A stretch of 63,708 nucleotides of DNA, filler included, from Collodictyon triciliatum (Eukaryota), in the NCBI GenBank assembly GCA_043381765.1. It is 22 parts of 22 records of this genome, joined end to end, with 100 filler letters (N's around TTAATTAATTAA, not from the genome) between each part and the next. Parts side by side here need not be neighbours in the genome. Positions count along the whole stretch, not along the records: positions 53,965 to 56,716 come from JBHJMP010008346.1; positions 56,817 to 59,572 come from JBHJMP010008347.1; positions 59,673 to 62,428 come from JBHJMP010008348.1; positions 62,529 to 63,708 come from JBHJMP010008479.1; 18 more parts are not named here. The stretch is one strand, 5' to 3'. The first letter of the stretch is position 1; each line of letters opens with the position of its first letter. The notes below the pieces were generated by a model. It was not told the DNA's origin, ran no database searches, and worked only from the letters and a program-made list of their open reading frames with translations. Shown here one piece after another: positions 54,123-63,708 of this stretch. The translations under genes and the position numbers were made by a program.

Positions 54123-56475
54123 ATGCTCAAAGGAATTGCACGCCTCTCCAAAGTCCCCGGGTTTTTCGCCTATTCCACGACGCCGATTCAGCGCGTTGTT
54201 GTGATCGGAAGCGGACTGATGGGCACCGGAATAGCTCAAGTTGCTGCAGCTTCAGGACATCATGTGACTCTTTCGGATGCCAACGAGGTTGCACTCGGAA
54301 AGGGCTTGGTAGGATTTCTTTTTCATTATCAAAACGTTTATCTGTTTATTACTTATGTGCTTATTTTTTTGTTTCGCTTATATACAAGTTAAATCATTCT
54401 GGCATATAATCTCGAATGATGCTTGGGTCTTGCATGCAACTTTTTGTAAAATATTTTGAACTCTTTCACAAATTACCCACTTTTTTTTATTTAATGCCAA
54501 CTTTCAGAATGGAATCCAAGCAAGTCTCCAGCGTATCGCTAAAAAGAAGTTTGCTGCGGATGAGTCGCAAGGAAAGCAATATGTGGAAAGCACAATGTCT
54601 CGTCTCTCCATCCTTCCAACTTCAAAGCTTGTTGGTTCGAACTCTATCCATGGCAGCTCACCTTAAAACCCCATTTAGTCCATTATTTGATTTTTTTTTA
54701 TTTAAAAGAAATGCTTGTTACATCTTGACTCCACATACCAGCTGAAGCGTGTTATTCTGTTATATTATTCAAAATATCGACCTAAATCCTTTTCTTTTAC
54801 AATTCCCTGTTAGTAAATCCTTTGGAAGCCGATCTGGTTGTTGAAGCAATTATTGAGAATCTGGATATCAAACGAAGCCTTTTCTCTCAACTTGACAAGG
54901 TCGGGTGAATTCAAAATGCAGAGAAAGACTTTCTATTTATTCGACCAACTCTATTCTCTCACTCTCTTTTAATGGTTACTAAACTGTTACTCAAATATCC
55001 AGGTGGCACCTCAAAGCACCATTTTCGCTTCAAACACTTCATCTCTTTCGATCACAAAGATATGCAACGGGGTCAGAGCAGATCGTTTCGGAGGGCTTCA
55101 CTTTTTCAACCCTGTCCCCCTGATGCAACTAGTCGAAGTACTCTGACGCCTCATAATTTTTGCTTAGTTCTTGCAATAATATTCTGTCTTTCCTTTTTTG
55201 AAAATTATCATTTGCATCTCACTCTTTCATTCGCGTCTACTCAGGTGCGAATAATTTTTGAAAAGGGATTTATATTTTGATGATGAATTAAGGTCGTCAA
55301 GACAGAGCAAACCAGCGAGCAGGTGTTTGATTCATTGAAAGCATTCGGCAAGGCTGTCGGCAAACACGTTGTGTCATGTACGCACCATACCAAGACGGAA
55401 TTATCATCTCTCTTTTTTTTCTTCCACTAATTTGATTGTCTTTTAAATGTAAACTGCAGTACAGTCTTGCTTACGATTTTTTCAACATTGTAGGCAAAGA
55501 TACACCTGGGTTTGTGGTGAATAGATTGCTTGTTCCTTATTTGATGGAGGCTGTGCGCATGGTGGAGAGAGGTGATGTTAAGTTGTCCATAAGATTTTTT
55601 TTGAAAAGACAACTTTATATGAATTGACGAAACATGAAAGCCGCTCACTTCGATTTGATAAGCACGTATCTGTTTCTAAAGAGTCGTTTGCATCAGTTTA
55701 CTTGCATTTTTTGGTACTGTTTCATATTATTTGTTTTAAATGATTTTTCTTCTAAAAATAAAAAAAAATGCACACAAAAGGGGATGCCACTAAGGAAGAC
55801 GTTGATGCTGCTATGAAGCTTGGTGCAGGCTATCCCATGGGTCCGTTTGAGCTGTTAGATTTCGTGGGCTTAGATACCACCAAGTTCATCATGGATGGAT
55901 GGAACAAGGTTTGCCTAATTGCCTTGCCGCCATATATTGGATGCAATCATTTTTCTACTCCTTATCAGGCTGTCCTCTCGAAGTAACACATGTCATATGA
56001 AATAAAAATATTTTAAATCACACAAATATCTATTTTCTTTCTATCTTCTTTTTTTTCTTCTTCAAGAAGAAAGCTCAAAGCGAAGCCCACCCTCACCCAT
56101 ATTGAACATCCCCCATCAACCCACATCACAGGATTACCCCCAGGAGTCCCTGTTCAACCCAAGCCCGCTCCTCAGCAAGCTTGTCCAAGAAGGCAAGTCC
56201 AACAAAATTCATGATTATAATTGGGGCGTTAAAACTTTCATCGTCATTTTTTCTTTTCTTTGAATCGAATAAAGAATTATTTTTTTCATCGTCATTCTTC
56301 TTTTTTTAATCAATAATACGATTTATATACCACATACGATGACCGGAGGAAAGAAATCTGATAAAAAAGAAAGAAAGGTGAATAGTAAGATTGACACTGT
56401 CGTTCATATCCCCAAAACCCACCAGGAAAGACCGGCAAGAAGACTGGCGAAGGCTTCTACAAACACACGAAATAA
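54123..56475 (+). CDS. HADH: Mitochondrial 3-hydroxyacyl-CoA dehydrogenase
   Basis: Transit-like N-terminus, [67 protein letters not shown]. Confidence 0.95.
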
Positions 56476-56929
56476 AGGAGCATCCAGCCTCTCTGCCTTC
56501 CAATGACACATTCCAAAGAACATGACTATATCCTACACAGAGTCTTTTTTCTAATCAGCCCATCACTACTATATCAGTATTTCGACATCAATTTCTCGAT
56601 ATTTGCTCCAATCAGGCTAAAAAGAAAAGAAAAGAAAAGAAAAGAAAAGAAAAGAAAAGAAAAGAAAAGAAAAGAAAAGAAAAGAAAAGAAAAGAAAAGA
56701 AAAGAAAAGAAAAGAANNNNNNNNNNNNNNNNNNNNNNNNNNNNNNNNNNNNNNNNNNNNTTAATTAATTAANNNNNNNNNNNNNNNNNNNNNNNNNNNN
56801 NNNNNNNNNNNNNNNNAAAATTCTTCCGTATGAATTATAACAAAAACATCTGCTAAGTATGTGCTTGCACAAGACAAAGTGCTCGATGCGAAGCTAAAAA
56901 TAGAATTTCTGGTTGAACGAGACTTACGG

Positions 56930-59035
56930 TTTTGGTATTCCGGCATAGTACAGAATCTTGCATGTGTGTGAAGCAGACTTATCGGCGTTCGGCATAGTGC
57001 AGATCCTTTGTGGGTCTTGTGTGAAGCAGACGTCGTCGACGTTCGGCATAGTGGAGAGCCTTTGAGGGTCTTGCGTGTGTGAAGCAGACTTCGTCGACGT
57101 TCGGCATAGTGGAGAGCCTTTGCGGGTCTTGTGTGAAGCAGTCTTCGTCGACGTTCGGCACAGTGGAGAGCCTTTGCGGGTCTTGTGCGAAGCNNNNNNN
57201 NNNNNNNNNNNNNNNNNNNNNNNNNNNNNNNNNNNNNNNNNNNNNNNNNNNNNNNNNNNNNNNNNNNNNNNNNNNNNNNNNNNNNNNNNNNNNNNNNNNN
57301 NNNNNNNNNNNNNNNNNNNNNNNNNNNNNNNNNNNNNNNNNNNNNNNNNNNNNNNNNNNNNNNNNNNNNNNNNNNNNNNNNNNNNNNNNNNNNNNNNNNN
57401 NNNNNNNNNNNNNNNNNNNNNNNNNNNNNNNNNNNNNNNNNNNNNNNNNNNNNNNNNNNNNNNNNNNNNNNNNNNNNNNNNNNNNNNNNNNNNNNNNNNN
57501 NNNNNNNNNNNNNNNNNNNNNNNNNNNNNNNNNNNNNNNNNNNNNNNNNNNNNNNNGGTCTTGTGTGAAGAAGTCTTCGTCGTATTCACGGCATAGTGGA
57601 GAGCCTTCGATGGTCTTGTGTGAAGCAGACTTCGTCGACGTTCGGCATAGTGCAGACCCTTTGCGGGTCTTGTGTGTGTGGGGGAGTCTTCGTCGACGTT
57701 CGGCATAGTGCAGTACCTTTGCGGGTCTTGTGTGAGGCAGATTTCGTCGCAGTCCGGCATAGTGGAGAGCCTTCGAGGATTGTGTGAAGCAGACTTCGTC
57801 GACGTTCGGCATAGTGGAGATCCTTTGCGGGTCTTGTGTGAAGCAGACTTCGCCGACGTTCGGCATAGTGCAGAGCCTTTGTGGGTCTTGTGTGAAGCAG
57901 ACTGCGTCGACGTTCGGCATAGTGGAGATCCTTTGAGGGTCTTGTGTGGAGCAGACTGCGTCGTATTCCGGCATAGTGCACAGCCTTTGCGGGTCTTGTG
58001 TGAGGCAGACTTCGTCGATGTTCGGCATAGTGCACAGCCTTTGCGGGTCTTGTGTGAGGCAGACTTCGTCATATTCCGGCATAGTGGAGAGCCTTTGCGG
58101 GTCTTGTGTATGAGTGAAGCAGACTGCGTCGACGTTCGGCATAGCGGAGAGCCTTTGAGGGTCTTGTGTGAAGCAGACTTCGTCTCATCCCAACATAGTG
58201 GAGGGCCTTCGTGGGTCTTGTGTGTGTGGGGCAGACTTCGTCGACGTTCGGCATAGTGCAGAGCCTTTGAGGGTCTTGTGTGAGGCAGACTTCGTCATAT
58301 TCCGGCATAGCGGAGAGCCTTCGCGGGTCTTGTGTGAGGCAGACTTCGTCTCATCCCAACATAGTGGAGGGCCTTCGTGGGTCTTGTGTGGAGCAGACTG
58401 TGTCGACGTTCGGCATAGTGGAGATCCTTTGCGGGTCTTGCGTGTGAAGCAGACTTCGTCGACGTCCGGCATAGTGCAGAGCCTTTGTGGGTCTTGTGTG
58501 AAGCATACTGCGTCGACGTTCGGCATAGTGGAGATCCTTTGAGGGTCTTGTGTGGAGCAGACTGCGTCGTATTCCGGCATAACGCGGAGCCTTTGCGGGT
58601 CTTGTGTGAGGCAGACTTCGCCGACGTTCGGCATAGTGGAGATCCTTTGAGGGTCTTGTGTGAAGCAGACTTCGTCGACGTTCGGCATAACGCACAGCCT
58701 TCGTGGGTCTTGTGTGAGGCAGACTGCGTCGACGTTCGGCATAGTGGAGATCCTTTGCGGGTCTTGTGTGAAGCAGACTTTGTCGCAGTCAGGCATAACG
58801 CACAGCCTTTGCGGGTCTTGTGTGAGGCAGACTTCGTCGCAGTCCGGCATAACGCGGAGCCTTTGCGGGTCTTGTGTGAGGCAGACTTCGTTGTATCCCG
58901 GCATAGTGCAGATCCTTTGCGGTTCTTGTGTGAAGCAGACTTCGTCACATCCCAGCATAGTGGAGAGCCTTCGAGGGTTGTGAGGGTGAATCAGACTTCG
59001 TCGACGTTCGGCGTAGTGGAGAGCCTTCGTGGGTG
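56930..59035. repeat. 54-bp tandem satellite, about 30 sequenced units plus a gap
   Basis: Consensus GGGTCTTGTGTGAAGCAGACTTCGTCGACGTTCGGCATAGTGGAGAGCCTTTGC. Confidence 0.92.
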
Positions 59036-60039
59036 CAAGTGTGCTCGTGAGTCCGCGTTGCGTTGCTTGTGCGAGTGGTTGCGTGTTACAGACGACAGTT
59101 GCAGGTCGACTCGACACGAGACTCGACACTGCTTGGCGACCGACCGGCTGTGGCAAAAAATTGGGTCACGCGTGCATGCGAGGCAAGCGGTTGCCGAAGC
59201 CGCCCGCCTTAAATAAGGACGGAAAGAAAGGGTACGAAACTTGAATAAACGGATAACCCTGATCACCCAGGCTTAGCGTTACCGAAGTTTGCATACAGCC
59301 TTATCCCGGCACGTAATGTACAAGGGCGTTGCCCGAATGAGGGGCAGTTTGTCCGTGGGTCCAGCAAGGGTTGCCTGGTAGCAGTGCCTGGATGAGGGTT
59401 GGAAAAGGGATTCGGGTCAGTTTGGTTTCGATGCATCGATTCGAAGTGAATGATAGATGATTCAATAATGGTGTGAAAAAAATTGGATCATAGAATGCGT
59501 CTGATGATGAAATGAAGGAAAGAAATATTATATTTTCCACATATATGAATTCGATGTGGATTTTTGCCTTATNNNNNNNNNNNNNNNNNNNNNNNNNNNN
59601 NNNNNNNNNNNNNNNNTTAATTAATTAANNNNNNNNNNNNNNNNNNNNNNNNNNNNNNNNNNNNNNNNNNNNACATACATACATACATACATACATACAT
59701 ACATACATACATACATACATACATACATACATACATACATACATACATACATACATACATACATACATACATACATACATACATACATAAAGAGTTTTAA
59801 GCAAGCCAGGAATTTGGTTTTATTCTTTTCCGTCGAGAAGCCTTCATAAGAGGGCAAGTTCAAAGTTTGAACTGTGCTCGTAGTTCTTTTTTCCTTCTTT
59901 TTTCTTTTCGCTTTTTTTTTTGGTATATAATTTTTTTTTTATCTTTTTATGTTTTTTTTTTGTGTTCGTTTTCATGGTTCATCTGGCTGTTTTGTGTAGA
60001 GTGAAGGCATCAGGAAAAGAAACCAAGGGAACGGTTACT

Positions 60040-62398
60040 TTACTTCTTGATGGAGTAGACCTTTCCCTTTTGCAATGCGCTGCTGTCATACGGAGCAGAA
60101 ACCAGGACATTGCTTCCCTCAACATCGACATCAAAGCCATACGCATCAGAGCCGTCAGCAACCGGAGACTCTACATAATAGTATTCGCTCCAATCATTTC
60201 CACTCTTTGTGAACAAATGCATCGCACCTATGCGACGGAAGTAAAATTAGCTGGTATGCAAGATAAAGATAAAAGTAAATACGAAAATATTCAACAAAAA
60301 AAATTCAACATAAAAATTCATCACTTACCCTTGATGTTGCACGCTTGTCCATTTGCACAAGGCTTTGCTCCCACAGCGAGTCGGTCTCCATCCGTAGAGA
60401 AGCTGAAGCTAAACCCAAAGCGCTTCCCAGAAACGACAGTATTCGGCTTGATTGCAGATGCAAATGCATACTGGCCATCATTGTTGAGTGTGTAGCTCAA
60501 AATCGACCCGGCGTTGGTGGCGGTGCTTCCATCGTTCACAGCGGAAACGTAGAGAACGTTTGTGTTGAACTCAATAGCCCATCCGAATCCGAGCTTGTTG
60601 GCGTTAGTGATGGTCTGTGAGACCTCCCACTCTTCATACTTGAATTCATAGATAAACACAGCTTGGTCGGTAACTATTTCTGGGTTGTTGGATACCGCTA
60701 GTTTTGTAACGCTTTCAAGGGACACGGACTGGCCGAAGCGGTCATTCAGCTTTGGGGTCGGAGCAGTGATAGTGACTCTCATGCCCCACTTTCCGTTGTC
60801 TTTCTTTTTGTAGATGTGCGCACATCCAGCGTTTGTGGCAACTCCAGAATGGTCATACACAGGCATTCCGATGGCTACGATGTTGTTAATATTGGAAATG
60901 GCAGCACCGAGCTCATAGTTTTTTGATGTTTTTCTGTAGCGGATGATAGAATCCTTGACGAATGCATCTTGCCCTATATTCCATGTGTAAAAAACCACAA
61001 CACCGATTTCAGAGTTGATGTACTTTGACTTTGGTACAGAGACTATCAAGTAGTGAGCATTCAACAGCATGTTGAACCCAAACAGGTTATCTCTGTTCAG
61101 GAACGGATTCTTAATTTTGTTATTATTAATCCATTGTTCGGAAGTTCCATCTAGCTTGTACGTCAGAATGAAGCCACCGTTGCATTTCTCCGGCGTATTA
61201 GGTCTTAGGCAGAATGGCACTGAAACCACTGCGATGCCATTATAAATCTCGACTTCATATCCAAACATCTCTGACTTTTTCTTGTCATACTGTTCTACAG
61301 GTTGGACAGCTGGAGACTTTGAACGAGACTGAGATTGGGACTGAGATTGGGATTGGGATTGAGACTGGGATTGAGACTGAGATTGGGATTGGGATTGGGA
61401 TCTGGAGCGGGACTTAGAGCGGGACTTTGAGAGAGATTTGGATTTAGTCTTTGAACGGGACTGAGAAGCCATCTCAGGAATACCTCCCCAGATTTTGATT
61501 GTATGATCAACACCTCCAGAAACAATTTTTGAACCATCAGAAGTCACAGCAACACTTTCAATACCATTACTATGACCAGTCAATGTGCGAATCAAAGCTC
61601 CATCAGAAAGAATCCAAATTTTGACTGTACCGTCATTACTTCCAGAAACAATTTTTGAGCCATCGGAAGTAATAGCGACACTTTTAACACCACTAGTATG
61701 ACCTGTCAATGTGCGAATCAAAGCTCCATCAGAAAGGTTCCAAATTTTGATTGTATAATCACCGCTTCCAGTAACAATTTTTGAACCATCAGGAGTCACA
61801 GTAACACTCAAAACGCCATAGACATGGCCAGGCATTGTGTGAATCAAAGTTCCACCAGAAAGGTTCCAGATTTTGATTGTATTATCATTACTTCCAGAAA
61901 CAATTTTTGAGCCATCAGGAGTAACAGCAACACTGTAAATATCACTATTATGGCCAGTCAATGTGTGAGCCATTACTCCATCAGAAAGGTTCCAGATTTT
62001 GATTGTATCATCGTCACTCCCAGAAATTATTTTTGTGCCATCTGGAGTAACAGCAACACTGGAAACACGGTTAGTATGACCAGTCATTGTGCGAATCAAA
62101 TTTCCATCAGAAAGGCTCCAAATTTTGATTGTATTATCATTACTTCCAGAGACAACTTTTGAGCCATCAGGAGCTATGCAAATACCCCTAACATAACTAG
62201 AATGACCAGTCAGTGTGCGAGTCAAAGCTCCATCAGAGAGATTCCAAAATTTAATTGTATTGTCAAAGCTTCCAGAAGCAATTTTTGAGCCATCAGGAGT
62301 AACAGCAACACTTAAAACATAACTAGTATGACCAGTTAATGTGCGAATCAGGTATCCTTGCCCCTCAACAAGACACAAATGGCAGTGGAATATCACTC
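60040..62398 (-). CDS. Seven-repeat WD40 propeller, S/Q/K linker and FG-GAP-like propeller; 5' exon missing
   Basis: 7x LTGH..VxSVAVTPDGSKIVSGSxDxTIKIW; then FGYEV, FGFNM, FGQSVS, FGWAI, FGFS, YGFDV blades; intron at about 60228-60327. Confidence 0.85.
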
Positions 62399-62579
62399 CT
62401 GTGAATGGTTATTATATAATTATATATGNNNNNNNNNNNNNNNNNNNNNNNNNNNNNNNNNNNNNNNNNNNNTTAATTAATTAANNNNNNNNNNNNNNNN
62501 NNNNNNNNNNNNNNNNNNNNNNNNNNNNTTTTTTTTTTTTTTTTTTTTATTTTTATTTTTTTTAAAAAATAAATTTTTT

Positions 62580-62617
<38 letters not shown>

Positions 62618-62641
62618 AAAACGATAATTTTAACCTCTTAA

Positions 62642-63554
62642 GAATCATCATCAACAAATCAGGCCCCGAGTCGTTGCCGGGTTCTCGTTCGATGACCAGG
62701 AGGACTCTTCTTTTTCTCTTCCCGGAGGAGACAGCTACGTGGCCAATCTTATTAAAGGTAAATATCATCATGAGAAATCAAAACTTCAAAATATCTCTCA
62801 TATCCCGACCCTCATCCTCCTTGTACACTATAAAAATCATGAGTAAATTATCCAAAAAAAAACTAGACGCCAATGCCGAGTATGTCGGAGATAGTTCGAA
62901 TAACACCGGTTCTCTTGTCATTCCACTCGATACGGTACATATACAAATAACTAATAAATTATTCTAGTTACTTTACATTCATTCTAATCTTAATTTATAG
63001 TTTTTAGAAAAGGCCACCGATGTGAAATATTGGATTCATGCAGATTATTTGAATGTGCAATACATGGACGATATTTTAAAAAATCATCCTGTAACATATA
63101 CATATTATTACTTGTATTCTCTCCTGTTACTTCATAGGATTGTGTGCTTGTGGTAGTTTCTGTGAAAAGCTTGTATTTTTAACGTTTTTCATTCTTATTT
63201 TAATTTTTCCGAATGGTTAATTCTGTTGAAACATAGGAGATGAAGCCTTTGCCCTCTGTACAATGTGAATATGTAGTTTTAAGAGATAATAATAGATATG
63301 AGTAAGCTATTTGTCTTTACAGCGACCCACATTCATTTCAATTGCTTCTTTGTTAGCCGTGTACATCTCGGCCATCCTAATTATTTGTTTCGAATCAGAG
63401 ATGGATATATTCCATACTTTGAGCTTGGGACGTCAAATCCCCATTTAGTGCTCGAGGATTTGATTCACATTCTACACCCCGAGCTGCTTTCACCAGGGTT
63501 CCAACCGACGTTTTATCGACGAGCATTGTTCAACCCACAATCGAGTTATAAAAG
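62642..63554 (+). CDS. Periplasmic-binding-protein-like (BtuF/FepB class; CBA1-like) protein, internal exons
   Basis: RPRVVAG..LPGGDSYVANLIK|DANAEY..GSL, ATDVKYWI, YFELGTSNPHLVLEDLIHILHPELL, split by GT-AG introns. Confidence 0.72.
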
Positions 63555-63708
63555 TAAGGGATGTTTTTTCTCACTGTATTGGAATGATATGCCTTCCTTG
63601 TTTTCCTTGTCTTCCTTGTCTTCCTTGTCTTCCTTGTCTTCCTTGTCTTCCTTGTCTTCCTTGTCTTCCTTGTCTTCCTTGTCTTCCTTGTCTTCCTTTT
63701 CTTTCTTT

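Noticed and set aside
56930-59035. CRISPR array or repeat-protein gene
   Set aside because: No unique spacers (variable slots are under 10 nt and recur), no cas genes, and 2- or 4-nt insertions break every long frame.

Overview
This is not one locus. It is about 22 short eukaryotic (protist-like) scaffolds, most about 2.76 kb, joined by artificial N44-TTAATTAATTAA-N44 spacers, so adjacency only means something within a scaffold. Host genes with introns include a TPR array, RING-H2 ligase, SMCO4-like protein, Rab32/38, RhoGAP, BRI3-like protein, PEX11, anoctamin, an LRR protein, HADH, a WD40 + FG-GAP protein and a CBA1/BtuF-like binding protein. The main signal is an endogenous Polinton-like-virus (PLV)-type element seen in two divergent copies (2868-8074 and 24475-25274). 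Both copies share an unannotated small Cys-Cys membrane ORF, a 130-140 aa orphan ORF and a covarying 14-15 bp hairpin. One copy carries an intact double-jelly-roll-like major capsid gene. In the other, a Fanzor1 gene with a folded omegaRNA-like 3' end converges on the hairpin. A second decayed Fanzor1 and several L1-like LINE fragments are present, two of them inserted in Fanzor sequence. Also found: a U12 AT-AC intron, a TPR gene with one exon per repeat, a possible NLR-type N-terminus with an LRGG|GNASS motif, and a modular 54-bp satellite. All family calls come from motif recognition by eye; no searches were run.
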